Of a stretch of DNA of 33,678 nucleotides, positions 8,616-18,714 are shown piece by piece. A model generated the notes under the pieces. The model had not been told where the DNA came from. It worked only from the letters and a program-made list of their open reading frames with translations, and made no database searches. The stretch lies in the NCBI GenBank assembly GCA_014379795.1, contig JACMLC010000094.1, positions 1-33,678 on the forward strand. The letters run 5' to 3'. Position 1 is the stretch's first letter. Every line of letters begins with the position of its first letter. Both the position numbers and the translations under genes were made by a program. Source of the DNA: Pyrinomonadaceae bacterium. GTDB lineage: Bacteria > Acidobacteriota > Blastocatellia > Pyrinomonadales > Pyrinomonadaceae.

Positions 8616-9899
8616 TTACTCAAGTCTTGCTATTGCCGTGCTCACGCGCGATGGTTTACCGAATTGTGTCCATGCGAATAATACTTCATTGCCCAAGCGA
8701 GCGATGCGCGGGAAACCGCTTGAGCGCGCGATGTTCGTTTCGGTGACAGTTGAGATTGCATCAAGAGTCCCATCAGAGCGGACGCGGCGAACCTTTGTCG
8801 CACCCTTCTCTGCCGTACCCGACATCCAGACGACGAGCGCCGAGCCATCCACCAAAAGCAATACATCAACGCGTCCGACCGGATCACCATCATCTACCTG
8901 CACCGGATTTCCGAAGCTCTTGCCCGCATCATTTGAGAAAGCCATCTTGACGCGAGGCTGGTCATTGGCTTCCGTGTACCATGCGACGGCTACGCGCTGC
9001 CCATCGGCGGCAATGGACGGCCCGTTGACAGGGCAGGCCGTCATCTCCCATCCATCCGCATGCACTGGCTGCGGCACGCTCCATTTTCCATTCTCTTGAC
9101 GCACGACGTAGATGTCACGTACTTCGCTCTCAGAGCGGTCACGGTAGGCTGCGATTGCGCCTTCCGCTGTCATCGCCGCAGATGTCTGACAGCACTCACA
9201 GATGCGTTCATCAAGGACTGCTTCATCAGATACTTTGCCCTGAGTATCAATCGCCGCAAAGCGCAAAGCCATGCTCACGGGCAGCGGGCCAGCGTCTTCA
9301 TCCACTTTTATATCTTTGAGGGCACGCCCATCTACCCAAACCGCGCCGAGCCGCCCATCAGCGAGCGGCACCAGCGAGACGAAGCCATGTTCGGTTTGCG
9401 TTCCATCCGTATGCGGGATGATTGGCTTACTCCAGGTCTTGCCGCCATCTTTCGAGAGCGCAAGATTGACATCGTAGGCGTAGGTCCCCGGCCCGCTTTT
9501 GACCAACCAGTGCGCAGCGAGAGTGCCGTCCTTGAGAGCGATGACCGATGGAAAATCAGCCCAGTTGACGAACCAGTTGTCGCCTTCCGCAATGGTACGC
9601 GGCTCAGACCACCCTGCTCCATCCCGGCTCGCAAAGCGCAGCGCAGCGCGTTTCTCCCCGATCTTCTCCACCCAACTCATGATTACCCGGCCATCAGGGG
9701 TCGCATAAAGTTCAGGCTCACGGCTATCTATCCCCGCAGGAGAGATGGCTTCACGCACCATGAGCGCAGGCATAATGGTGACCGTTGGGGTCGCTGTGCT
9801 CTGAATGGGTGTGGAAGTATTAGCACCCCGGTTGCAGCTCATAACGAAAGCTGCCGCAAAGATAAGCACAAGCAGGTAAGCACGGCGTAAATTTCTCAT
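8616..9899 (-). CDS. BNR/Asp-box repeat (sialidase-like beta-propeller) lipoprotein
   Basis: 427-aa ORF. Lipoprotein signal MRNLRRAYLLVLIFAAAFVMSC. Asp-box motifs LSKDGGKTWSKP and FSNDAGKSFGNP. Confidence 0.75.
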   Translation of the reverse strand: MRNLRRAYLLVLIFAAAFVMSCNRGANTSTPIQSTATPTVTIMPALMVREAISPAGIDSREPELYATPDGRVIMSWVEKIGEKRAALRFASRDGAGWSEPRTIAEGDNWFVNWADFPSVIALKDGTLAAHWLVKSGPGTYAYDVNLALSKDGGKTWSKPIIPHTDGTQTEHGFVSLVPLADGRLGAVWVDGRALKDIKVDEDAGPLPVSMALRFAAIDTQGKVSDEAVLDERICECCQTSAAMTAEGAIAAYRDRSESEVRDIYVVRQENGKWSVPQPVHADGWEMTACPVNGPSIAADGQRVAVAWYTEANDQPRVKMAFSNDAGKSFGNPVQVDDGDPVGRVDVLLLVDGSALVVWMSGTAEKGATKVRRVRSDGTLDAISTVTETNIARSSGFPRIARLGNEVLFAWTQFGKPSRVSTAIARLE

Positions 9900-10024
9900 C
9901 TGGTAGATTAGCTTCCCTTCAAAGGGCGGTGACTTGATCCGGAGGTTATCTTTAACATAATTCTACCATTCAAGTCCCGCTCTACACCTCAATGTTTATA
10001 ATTAGCGAAAAGGATGTTTAATGC

Positions 10025-10056
10025 TTGACCCTGGAACCGATTCCAGACTTTATACT
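10025..10056 (+). promoter_or_regulatory. MerR-type promoter/operator, probably giving a leaderless merR transcript
   Basis: TTGACC (10025-10030), a 20-bp spacer, then TATACT (10051-10056). The spacer contains the perfect dyad CTGGAA-CCGA-TTCCAG (10031-10046). The ATG at 10063 lies 6 nt after the -10 hexamer. Confidence 0.55.
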
Positions 10057-10062
10057 GTTCGC

Positions 10063-10575
10063 ATGAGTGACGGTAACTCCAAGAAAGATTACTTACGAGC
10101 CGGCGAGTTGGCACGCCTGGCGGGAGTCAGCACGGACACTTTGCGTCACTATGAGCGCAAAGGAGTGCTGCCCGCTCCACGCCGCTCGCATAACAACTAC
10201 CGCCACTACCCGCCGCAGGCGCTCGAACGTGTGCGACTCGTGCGCCGCGCGCTGGTCGTCGGGTTCACGCTTGATGAACTGGCTTCTATTCTGGCGGCGC
10301 GCGATCAGGGAGGGACGCCGTGCCCTGAGGTCAGGACACTGGCTGAAGAGAAACTCTCTCAGGTCGAGACGCGGCTCAGTGAGTTGAAGATACTCAGGAA
10401 CGAACTGCGTTCCACTCTCAAGGACTGGGATATACGACTGGCTGAAACCCCTGCGGGTGAAAGGGCCGGTCTGCTTGAAGCTCTTGCTGCCAATGGTCAT
10501 GCTGCTGGCATGCAGACTTCGCCTTCCGCTTTATCCAGATTCAAATCAAAAAGTAAGAGGAGACCACGCAAATGA
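10063..10575 (+). CDS. MerR-family transcriptional regulator (second paralog)
   Basis: The ORF track starts at 10021, but that start overlaps the promoter. The ATG at 10063 gives MSDGNSKKDYLRAGELARLAGVSTDTLRHYERKGVL (HTH), followed by a coiled-coil helix. Only one Cys (GTPCPEV), so there is no classical CueR/ZntR Cys loop. Confidence 0.85.
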   Translation: MSDGNSKKDYLRAGELARLAGVSTDTLRHYERKGVLPAPRRSHNNYRHYPPQALERVRLVRRALVVGFTLDELASILAARDQGGTPCPEVRTLAEEKLSQVETRLSELKILRNELRSTLKDWDIRLAETPAGERAGLLEALAANGHAAGMQTSPSALSRFKSKSKRRPRK

Positions 10576-11111
10576 AAACCAAATACATCTTCATGGCACT
10601 TATCACAGCGTTCATGACGCTTGCGATTTCAGCTTTCACTTCATGCGCCGCGCAAGAGAAACAACAGACAGAAAGGCACAAGACAGATGGTCATTCCAAA
10701 CACTCTGACGAGATGAACAAGCGTGGGGAGCGCGAGATGGGATTCTCGCAGGCCAAGACCACTCACCACTTTCGCCTCCTTCAGGATGGCGGAGCTATCG
10801 AGGTTGAGGCTAAAGATGAGAAGGATACAGAGACTGTCAAACAAATCAAAGGGCACCTCTCACACATCGCGCAGATGTTCGGTGAAGGCAATTTCAAAGC
10901 GCCGATGCTGATACACGATCAGACGCCGCCGGGCGTGCCCGTCATGCACAATCTCAAAGCTGAAATCAGCTACCAGTATGAAGACACAATTAATGGAGGA
11001 AGAGTGCGCATCAAGACCGCTAATGCGGAGGCGCTCAGGGCCATTCACGAATTCCTGCGCTTCCAGATTAAAGAGCACGAAACCGGCGACTCATTGGATG
11101 TGGTCAAATAA
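10572..11111 (+). CDS. Secreted (lipo)protein of unknown function with a His-rich N-terminal region
   Basis: 179-aa ORF. Its ATG overlaps the merR stop (ATGA at 10572-10575). Signal MKTKYIFMALITAFMTLAISAFTSC. After the signal comes ERHKTDGHSKHSDEM, then conserved-looking blocks TTHHFRLLQDGGAIEV, GHLSHIAQMF and PPGVPVM. Confidence 0.7.
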   Translation: MKTKYIFMALITAFMTLAISAFTSCAAQEKQQTERHKTDGHSKHSDEMNKRGEREMGFSQAKTTHHFRLLQDGGAIEVEAKDEKDTETVKQIKGHLSHIAQMFGEGNFKAPMLIHDQTPPGVPVMHNLKAEISYQYEDTINGGRVRIKTANAEALRAIHEFLRFQIKEHETGDSLDVVK

Positions 11112-11459
11112 ATAACCTCCTTGCTCAGCTTCATTGGTCTTTGATACGTATAGACACTCACGATGGATGCTCTCGCTCGTGAAAAGCAGTCTTGTTTATA
11201 TTCTCGGCTTTTTGTAAATGATGGGCTGGCAATCTCCGGAGAAAAGAAACTGCGGTGTTGTTTTGCCGGGCGATACATGCAGTAGAGCGGGCGGGAGCCT
11301 CCCACAGCCCCCACCCTAAGCCCCCGACTCCTCACCCCACGCAGCCACATGCGTTCACCGGGGAGGCGAACGCAAACCGGAGACGGATCATATCGGGCAG
11401 ATGAAAATCTTGATTGTTCTCCGTATCATTAAAGTGTGTGGCACAGAGACGCCTTACAG

Positions 11460-12776
11460 TTAAGCGGAAACAGGCACTTTATCATGTTCGTGCGTGTGTG
11501 CGCCCTGCGCTGCCCCCCGGCCAAGTGCAATAGCCGCAATAGTGATGAGCAGGCAGACGATACCAGCCGCCGTAAATGTAGTGGGCGCGCCCCATCTGAC
11601 AGCGGCGTGTCCGACCGCCGGATAGGTGACGAGCCAGCAGGCGTGCGTCAACGCGAAGTGGGCTGCGTAAGCGCGCCCACGCTCCCTCTCGACCGTATGT
11701 TCTGCCAGAAGTGTCGATGACGGAATGGCGATCAGCGCCTGTCCCGCACCGTTCAATATCCAGAGGAGAGCGAAGACGAAGAGCGGCGGTTTGAGCGCGC
11801 CCGGTAAAAGGATCAATCCGAGCACGACACCGCCAAGGATGAGCGCGCGCGCAGCCCAGGCGTGCCGTCGCCCGTGCAGCACAGCGCGGTCGCGTGCGCC
11901 CTGCTCGTAACGGCCAGTCGCACGTCCCAGCATGATCGCCGCCAGCGATGAGCCGAGTCCGAGTCCTGCCATAATTACCGCGAAAGATGTTTCTCCTCGC
12001 CCGAGCACGTCACGCACATAGGCGACCGTCACGACGATGGCTGCCGCGCCGGCGGTTGCCTCTGCGAAGCTGAGCACAAGCGCCTGCCTCAGCGACGGCT
12101 CGCGCAAAAGCACGCGCGTCCCAGTCGTGATCTCCGAAAGGAAAGTGCGCAAGGAGAGCGGCGTCACGACCTTTGAGACATGCGGGACCGCAACGACAGC
12201 GACAAGCAATGCCGAGACCAAATAAGTGAAGCCGTCGAACCAGAAGACCCATCGCACGCCAAGCAGCGCCACAAGAATGCCTGCCACAGCGGGCGCAGCG
12301 ACTGCCTCTATATCTACTGCGACACGCGAAAGCGAAAGCGCCTTGACATACTGCTCATCTCCGACGATTTCAGGGATGCTCGCCTCAAAGGTCGGCGTAA
12401 AAAAAGCTGTCACGGCGTTGATGGCAAAAATCAAGGCGTAGACCTGCCATACGGTGGTGATAAATGGAAAGAGCGCCAGCAGTCCGAAACGCAGGAGATC
12501 AGCGGCGATAAGTATCTTCTTGCGGCTCAGGCGGTCGGCGATCACGCCTGCCGGTTGCGAGAAGAGGAGGAAGGCGAGGATGCGCAGCATCAGCGCATTG
12601 CCGATGACAGCCGTTGCGGATGCGCCGCCTGTGAGTTGATAGGCGAAGAGCGCAAGGCCAACCGTCGTCACACCGCTGCCAAGCAGCGAAATGATCTGCG
12701 CGCTGAACAGCAGGCGGAAGGCACGATTGCGCCAGAGCGAAATCTTCTCAACGGTTGCGGATTGGAGGTCGTCCAT
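11460..12776 (-). CDS. MFS transporter (EntS/MFS_3-like exporter) with a His-rich C-terminal tail
   Basis: 438-aa ORF, about 12 hydrophobic segments. MFS motif A: GVIADRLSRKKIL. C-terminal tail AQGAHTHEHDKVP. Starts 21 nt downstream of the RND pump gene on the same strand. Confidence 0.85.
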   Translation of the reverse strand: MDDLQSATVEKISLWRNRAFRLLFSAQIISLLGSGVTTVGLALFAYQLTGGASATAVIGNALMLRILAFLLFSQPAGVIADRLSRKKILIAADLLRFGLLALFPFITTVWQVYALIFAINAVTAFFTPTFEASIPEIVGDEQYVKALSLSRVAVDIEAVAAPAVAGILVALLGVRWVFWFDGFTYLVSALLVAVVAVPHVSKVVTPLSLRTFLSEITTGTRVLLREPSLRQALVLSFAEATAGAAAIVVTVAYVRDVLGRGETSFAVIMAGLGLGSSLAAIMLGRATGRYEQGARDRAVLHGRRHAWAARALILGGVVLGLILLPGALKPPLFVFALLWILNGAGQALIAIPSSTLLAEHTVERERGRAYAAHFALTHACWLVTYPAVGHAAVRWGAPTTFTAAGIVCLLITIAAIALGRGAAQGAHTHEHDKVPVSA

Positions 12777-12797
12777 AACGGTTGTCGCTGATACCTT

Positions 12798-15700
12798 TCA
12801 ATCCCGGGCCGGAGCAAGCTCCCGTTCTCGCGGATAGTCACGCGATGGCACTTGTGCTGTAGCGCGGCCATACTTCAGGTACAGGGCCGGAATCACGATC
12901 ATGTTGAGGAAAGTAGAAGTGACGATGCCGCCTAAGATCACGACAGCCATCGGCTGCTGAATCTCCTTGCCCGGCTCGCCCGCGCCCCACGCCAGCGGAA
13001 TTAACCCGACGCCCGTGACAATCGCCGTCATCAGGATCGGCGAAAGCCTCTCCATCGAACCCTGCACAATCGCGTCGCGAAACGGGACTCCCTCCTCCTC
13101 CATCAAATGCGTGTAATGCGAGATCAGCATGATGCCGTTGCGTGTGGCGATGCCGAACAGCGTGATGAAGCCGACGAGTGAGGCGATGGAGAGCGTTCCC
13201 CCGGAAAGGAAGACCATCACCACGCCGCCGATCAAAGCCAGCGGCAGGTTCGCCATCACCAGCGCGGCTGAGCGCGCCGATTTCAAAGCGATATAGAGCA
13301 ACAGGAAGATGCCGCCGATAGCGACGATGGAGAGCAGCGTGATGAGGCGCGAGGCTTTCTCCTGCGCCTCGAACTGCCCGCCATACTGTACGAAGTAGCC
13401 TTGCGGCAGTTGGACTTTTGTTCCGATGGCCTCGCGCACATCGTTGATGACGCTGCCCAAATCTCTATCGGCGACGTTTGCCTGAACGATGATGCGGCGC
13501 TGAACGTTCTCGCGGTTGAGGGTGTTCGGGCCTTGATCCACTCTCACTTCGGCGACCTGCCCGATAGGAACGCGCGCGCCCGTCGGCGTGTCAATCAAAG
13601 TGCGCTCGATGCTCTCCACAGATTCGCGCGACGCATCATCGTGGCGCACCAGCACGTCGTAGGTGCGCTGCTCTTCCAGGACCTGCGATGCAACGTGTCC
13701 GTTAAAGGCTGTGTCAACCGTTTCGGCTAAGTCTTCGGCTCTCAATCCGACTGCTGCTGCCGCCTGGCGGTTCATGTTGATTTGGACTTGCGGCACGCCG
13801 ACTTGCGGCTCGACGATCAGATCAACGATGCCGGGAACTCCCGCCATCTGGTCGCGTATCTCGGCAGCTTTAGTGCGTAAGGTCGCAAGGTCGGGTCCGA
13901 AAAGTTTGATGGCGATTTGCGCTCGCGTGCCTGAGAGCAGGTGGTCAATGCGGTGCGAGATGGGCTGGCCGACTTCCGCCTCGACGCCGGGGATGCGCGC
14001 GAGTCGCTGGCGCACGTCTTCCATAAACTCGGCGTGAGAGCGACTCCCCTCTTTCGTCACGACTTCGATCTCGCTGGTGTTGACGCCCGCCGCGTGCTCA
14101 TCCAATTCGGCACGCCCAGTGCGGCGAGTCGTCGAGACGACTTCAGGGACTTCATGCAGGACGGACTCGATGACATTGCCGATGCGGTTTGATTCCTTGA
14201 GGGAGGTGCCCGGCGGCATGTTGGCGTTGATGTTCAGCGTGCCTTCGTTGAACGGGGGCAGGAATTCGCGCCCCATGAACGCGAACAGCAGCATTGCGAC
14301 GAGCAGCATCGCGGCGGACGAAGCGATGATTTTATAAGGATGGCGAAGCGTCCAATTCAAGATTCGCGCGTAGCGCTTCTTCAGCCACGCGACAAGGCGT
14401 GAATCTTTCTCGTCGTGAAGCAGCTTCGAGCGACCGAGCAGGAAGTAGCAGAGCACGGGCGTCACGGTCAGCGCGACGATGAGCGAAGCCGTGATCGAGA
14501 TGATATAGGCAAAGGCGAGCGGCGCGAACATGCGACCTTCAAAGCCGCCCAAAGAGAAGAGCGGCAGGAAGACGATGACGATGATGAGCGTCGCAAAGAG
14601 GATCGAGTTTCTGATCTCGCTCGATGCGCGGAAGATGACATCTATCACGTGAGCGGGCGTCGGGCTGTGAGCGTTCTGCTTCAAACGGCGGAAGACGTTT
14701 TCGACATCTATGATCGCATCGTCCACGAGCGCGCCGATAGCGATGGCGAGGCCGCCCAAGGTCATCGTATTGATCGAAATATTGAAGTAGCTCATCACGA
14801 GAATCGCCGTGATGAGCGAGAGCGGAATCGCGGTCAAAGAGATGAACGTCGTGCGGAAGTTCCACAGGAAGAGAAACAGCACGACCGTCACCATGATGCC
14901 GCCTTCGATGATTGAAGCGCGCACGTTGCCGACAGCGCGATTGATAAAGTCGGATTGCTGGAACGCCTTCGTGTCAATCGTCACGTCCGGCGGCAGCGTC
15001 GCTTTCAAATTGGCGAGCGTCGTCTCAATCTGTTCGGTTACTTCGAGCGTGTTGGCGTTCGGCTGCTTCTGAATCGTGGCGACAACCGCCGGTTGCATGT
15101 TAAAGCTGCCGTCGCCGCGCTTCAGCGCCGCGCCCGCCTGCACCGTCGCCACGTTACTGATGAGAACGGGCACGCCGTCGCGCACGGTGATGACGGAGTT
15201 GGCGAGGTCTTCAGGCGTGTAAACGCGCGCCCGCCCTCGAATCAGGAACTCTTCGTTCGTGCGCTCAAGGAAACCGCCCGCCGCGTTCGCGTTCGAAGCC
15301 GTGACGGCTTCGACAACCTGCTCAAGCGTCAGCCCGTGATCCGCCAGCTTCGCCGGGTCAACGAGCACCTGAAACTGCTTGGTGTCGCCGCCGATAATCA
15401 TCACCTGAGAGACGCCTGTGACTCCAAGCAGGCGCGGGCGCACAGTCCAATCGGCAATCGAGCGCAACTCCATCGGTGAAGTCGTCTTGCTCGTCATCGA
15501 GATCAGCATGATCTCGCCCATCGTCGAAGAGATGGGACCCAAAACGGGCGGCGGAACTCCCGCAGGCAACCGGACTTGTTGCAATTTCTCATTGACAAGC
15601 TGGCGTGCGCGGTAGATGTCTGTGTCGAGGTTGAATTCGACGAAGACGATGGAGATGCCGATGGCCGAATTAGAGCGGACGCGATACACGCCCGCCGTCC

Positions 15701-15923
15701 CGTTCATCGCCGCTTCGATGGGCAACGTGACAAGTGATTCAACTTCCTCCGGCGCAAGACCGTGCGATTCTGTGAGAATCGTGACTGTGGGCGCAGTCAA
15801 ATCTGGGAACACATCAACCGGCGTGCGCAGCGCGACGTATCCGCCGTAGATGAGCAGCGCGACCGCCGCGATGATGACCATCAGCCGGTTACGAAGCGAC
15901 CACTGGATGATTTTATTTAACAT
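12798..15923 (-). CDS. CusA/CzcA-family heavy-metal efflux RND permease
   Basis: 1041-aa ORF. N-terminus MLNKIIQWSLRNRLMV. 12-TM RND layout with two large periplasmic loops. TM4 charged segment GALVDDAIIDVEN, typical of the HME-RND family. Confidence 0.95.
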   Translation of the reverse strand: MLNKIIQWSLRNRLMVIIAAVALLIYGGYVALRTPVDVFPDLTAPTVTILTESHGLAPEEVESLVTLPIEAAMNGTAGVYRVRSNSAIGISIVFVEFNLDTDIYRARQLVNEKLQQVRLPAGVPPPVLGPISSTMGEIMLISMTSKTTSPMELRSIADWTVRPRLLGVTGVSQVMIIGGDTKQFQVLVDPAKLADHGLTLEQVVEAVTASNANAAGGFLERTNEEFLIRGRARVYTPEDLANSVITVRDGVPVLISNVATVQAGAALKRGDGSFNMQPAVVATIQKQPNANTLEVTEQIETTLANLKATLPPDVTIDTKAFQQSDFINRAVGNVRASIIEGGIMVTVVLFLFLWNFRTTFISLTAIPLSLITAILVMSYFNISINTMTLGGLAIAIGALVDDAIIDVENVFRRLKQNAHSPTPAHVIDVIFRASSEIRNSILFATLIIVIVFLPLFSLGGFEGRMFAPLAFAYIISITASLIVALTVTPVLCYFLLGRSKLLHDEKDSRLVAWLKKRYARILNWTLRHPYKIIASSAAMLLVAMLLFAFMGREFLPPFNEGTLNINANMPPGTSLKESNRIGNVIESVLHEVPEVVSTTRRTGRAELDEHAAGVNTSEIEVVTKEGSRSHAEFMEDVRQRLARIPGVEAEVGQPISHRIDHLLSGTRAQIAIKLFGPDLATLRTKAAEIRDQMAGVPGIVDLIVEPQVGVPQVQINMNRQAAAAVGLRAEDLAETVDTAFNGHVASQVLEEQRTYDVLVRHDDASRESVESIERTLIDTPTGARVPIGQVAEVRVDQGPNTLNRENVQRRIIVQANVADRDLGSVINDVREAIGTKVQLPQGYFVQYGGQFEAQEKASRLITLLSIVAIGGIFLLLYIALKSARSAALVMANLPLALIGGVVMVFLSGGTLSIASLVGFITLFGIATRNGIMLISHYTHLMEEEGVPFRDAIVQGSMERLSPILMTAIVTGVGLIPLAWGAGEPGKEIQQPMAVVILGGIVTSTFLNMIVIPALYLKYGRATAQVPSRDYPRERELAPARD

Positions 15924-15979
15924 GACGTACAGCCTTCAGCTCTCATGTGACAGGACTTGTCCTCCTCCTGCTGGAGTGT

Positions 15980-17416
15980 TTATGTTTCATGCGAATGCAC
16001 GCCCGCATCTGCCGGTCGCAGTTCCTGCAACCTGACCTGATAAGCTCCCTGCGTGACGACGCGCTCGCCGGGGTTGAGACCGGAAAGAATCGCCACATGA
16101 GGCCCGTACTCGTCACCAACCGTCACTTCGCGCCGTTGGAACTCTTCGCCCGATAGGAGCACGTACACGATCTTTTTGCCTTCGTTATCGAGCACTGCTT
16201 CTTTCGGGATCATCATCGCCGTGACCGACTCGCCCGCATCCAGTCGCACGTTGGCCTGCATTCCGATGCGCAGAGCGCGTCCGGCATTCGGCACCTGAAA
16301 GACGACTGTGGCCGCGCGCGTCTTTTCGTCAATCACCGCGCCCACGTCCAACACGACGCCCTTGAATTCCTGTTCCGGGTAAGCGGCTGTCGTGAAAGTC
16401 GCTGAGACGTTTCCGCCCAGGCGATTTAAGTCTCGCTCGAAGATAGGAGCTTCAATCCACACCGTATCAAGATTGCTGATCTCAAGGATGGTTTCGCCCG
16501 GCGCGACCTGTTCGCCAATGGACTTGTTGACTTTCGTCACGTAGCCACCCAAAGGGGCGCGCACGGTATAACTGGAATTTGCGCTCCCGATTTGTGCATT
16601 CGCCGGGGCGACAGAGCGTGCCGAGACAAGCGCATCTCTGCGTTTGACTGCGGCGTTGTATGCTGCCTGCGCTGAATTGCGTTCAGCATCAGCGGCCTGC
16701 AATTGTCTTTGCGAGAATGCCTTTCGTTCATAGAGACGCTCTGCTCGCTCGGCCTCCTTCTGTGCCAGATCAAGCCGCACGCGCGCTGTGTCTACTTCGC
16801 CCGCCGCTGACCGCCGCTCGCCTTCAAGCCTCGCGTTCTCGACGGCAATCTGTGCATTCTGCGCCTGAACTGACGCCGCCGCCGCGCGCACCTGCGCCTG
16901 TTCGGCGGAGGTTGCTATCTGCTGCACAACGGCAATGGTCTGTCCCTGCGAGACGCGCTGACCGACGCGTGGCATCTGGTTGCCCGCGAGGATGCCGCTG
17001 ACGGGCGGCGCCACCAACGCCTGGCTGTTGGCCGCCGGCACGACCCGCCCTGTGGCGGTGATCTGCCGCGCGACCGTATGCTCTTCAACCTGCGCGAGCT
17101 TCAGGCGAATGAGCCACTGCTGCTCCATCAGGAACTTGACAGTGCCGGTCGGATTAGCGGCAGCCGGAGCTTCCGCCATCTCCTTCTTCCCCGCGCCGCG
17201 TAGAAAAAAGATATAGACGAGCGCGAAGAGCGCCACGAGCGCCACCGCCGCGACGATCAATAACCGGTTACGGTTTGAGGCGGCAGGCGAAGTCTCTTTC
17301 ACAATCGTCGTCTCTTCTTGCTCGATACGAGCTTCGCGTGTGTCTTCCGTGGAATGTTCGACACTGTGCTCAAGTTCACTTTCCTGAACCTGCTCGTCGG
17401 TTGTCGGTCTGCTCAT
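15980..17416 (-). CDS. RND efflux periplasmic adaptor (CusB/CzcB, HlyD family)
   Basis: 478-aa ORF. Acidic N-terminal extension, one TM anchor (LLIVAAVALVALFALVYIFFL), an alpha-hairpin region rich in A/Q/R, and beta-barrel domains. Its start overlaps the upstream OMF stop by 4 nt (17413-17416). Confidence 0.9.
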   Translation of the reverse strand: MSRPTTDEQVQESELEHSVEHSTEDTREARIEQEETTIVKETSPAASNRNRLLIVAAVALVALFALVYIFFLRGAGKKEMAEAPAAANPTGTVKFLMEQQWLIRLKLAQVEEHTVARQITATGRVVPAANSQALVAPPVSGILAGNQMPRVGQRVSQGQTIAVVQQIATSAEQAQVRAAAASVQAQNAQIAVENARLEGERRSAAGEVDTARVRLDLAQKEAERAERLYERKAFSQRQLQAADAERNSAQAAYNAAVKRRDALVSARSVAPANAQIGSANSSYTVRAPLGGYVTKVNKSIGEQVAPGETILEISNLDTVWIEAPIFERDLNRLGGNVSATFTTAAYPEQEFKGVVLDVGAVIDEKTRAATVVFQVPNAGRALRIGMQANVRLDAGESVTAMMIPKEAVLDNEGKKIVYVLLSGEEFQRREVTVGDEYGPHVAILSGLNPGERVVTQGAYQVRLQELRPADAGVHSHET

Positions 17417-18705
17417 TGTTTGATGTCCACTCCTGTCGCCAGCTCTAGCTGAAAAATACTCGTTTGATAATCGAATAAGGCGCGGTAATAGTTGACCCTC
17501 ACCTCGGAGCGCGTGCGCTGCGCGTCAAGCAACGTGATTAATTCCACGACGCCTTCCCGGTAAGCGGCAAGCTGTATGTCGCGGGACTCATCGGCCTGTT
17601 TGAGCAATCCGGTCTCGTAAGCCTTCACCTGCTCGCGCGCAGTTTCGTAAGCCCGATAAGCGGATTCGACTTCCGCCAGCGCGCGGTTGCGCGTTAATAG
17701 AAGATTCGTTTCGGTGACTCGGCGCTCGGCCTCTGCTCGCGCGATGCCCCCTTGATTCCGGTTGCCGAAAGGCAGAGGCACAGTCACACCGGCCAGCGCG
17801 GTATTATCCCGCCCGACCTTGCGATAGCCGACGAACGGCGTGATCTCGCCTTTCGCCCGCGAACGCTCCAATTGGAAGACTGATTCGGCGCGCGCCACCT
17901 CTGCTTCGGCCACCTTGATGTCGGGACGATTCGCGAGCGCCGTCCGGCGCAGTTGTTCAAGGTCAAGAGTGGTGTCACGGATTTCAAGTGTGCCGGCCAC
18001 GTCGAGCATGGCCGCTCGCCCATAATCAGTCTCGCCCAGAAGCTCCAGCAGTCGAACATTCGATTGACGCAGGGCGAGCGTGGCCTGAGCGATGGTCGAA
18101 TCGTACTTGACCCTCTCAAGCCGCACACGTAGCAACTCACCTTCGGCGATGTAGCCCTCCTCGAAGCGAACGGTGTTGAAGCGCACTAGCTCCGCGAAGT
18201 TGTCGCGATTCTCACGCTCTATGTTTAGGATGGTGCGCGCTAGGATCGTCTCGTAATAGGTGCGCCGTAGCTCGAACAGCCTGCGCCTGAGTACGTCCGT
18301 CAACTGAGCCTCCGCCACGGCGACTGTGCGTTCGGCGAGCTCAGCGCGTCGCTCCCGGCGGTTGCCGAGTTCGATGGGCTGCGCGACGGTGACTCCGACC
18401 TCGTAGAGATTATTAAATTGCGTCGGGCCGGAAACTCGCAGGTTCTCCGCGCTGACCGTCAATCCCGGACGCGGGAAAAGGCGCGCACTGATTCTTTCGG
18501 TTCCGGCGACGCCGACTTCGAGACGTGCGGCTTCCAACGCGAGGTTGCGTCGCATGAATTGCTCGGTCGCAGCTTCCAGAGTCAGGACACCGCTATCCTG
18601 CGTGAGCGGCAGCGAAGACGGCCCAGTAGCTGTTTGTGCCAGAGCCGAGACAGTCAGCCAGACTACGAGCACGATGATTGCTAACAATCGGAAAAATTTC
18701 GTCAC
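17413..18705 (-). CDS. TolC-family outer membrane factor (CzcC/CusC-like)
   Basis: 430-aa ORF. Signal peptide MTKFFRLLAIIVLVVWLTVSALA. OMF motif FGNRNQGGIARAEAE. Two-repeat coiled architecture. Confidence 0.9.
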   Translation of the reverse strand: MTKFFRLLAIIVLVVWLTVSALAQTATGPSSLPLTQDSGVLTLEAATEQFMRRNLALEAARLEVGVAGTERISARLFPRPGLTVSAENLRVSGPTQFNNLYEVGVTVAQPIELGNRRERRAELAERTVAVAEAQLTDVLRRRLFELRRTYYETILARTILNIERENRDNFAELVRFNTVRFEEGYIAEGELLRVRLERVKYDSTIAQATLALRQSNVRLLELLGETDYGRAAMLDVAGTLEIRDTTLDLEQLRRTALANRPDIKVAEAEVARAESVFQLERSRAKGEITPFVGYRKVGRDNTALAGVTVPLPFGNRNQGGIARAEAERRVTETNLLLTRNRALAEVESAYRAYETAREQVKAYETGLLKQADESRDIQLAAYREGVVELITLLDAQRTRSEVRVNYYRALFDYQTSIFQLELATGVDIKQ

Positions 18706-18714
18706 GGTTTGGAT

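Noticed and set aside
9060-9890. 276-aa plus-strand ORF opposite the BNR-repeat gene
   Set aside because: No motifs, no SD and no signal. The minus-strand gene has a lipoprotein signal and Asp-box repeats. It is a shadow ORF.
12180-15479. Plus-strand ORFs inside the MFS and RND genes (12180-12791, 13401-14337, 14415-14915, 14955-15479)
   Set aside because: They are charged, low-complexity translations antisense to clearly recognisable transporter genes.
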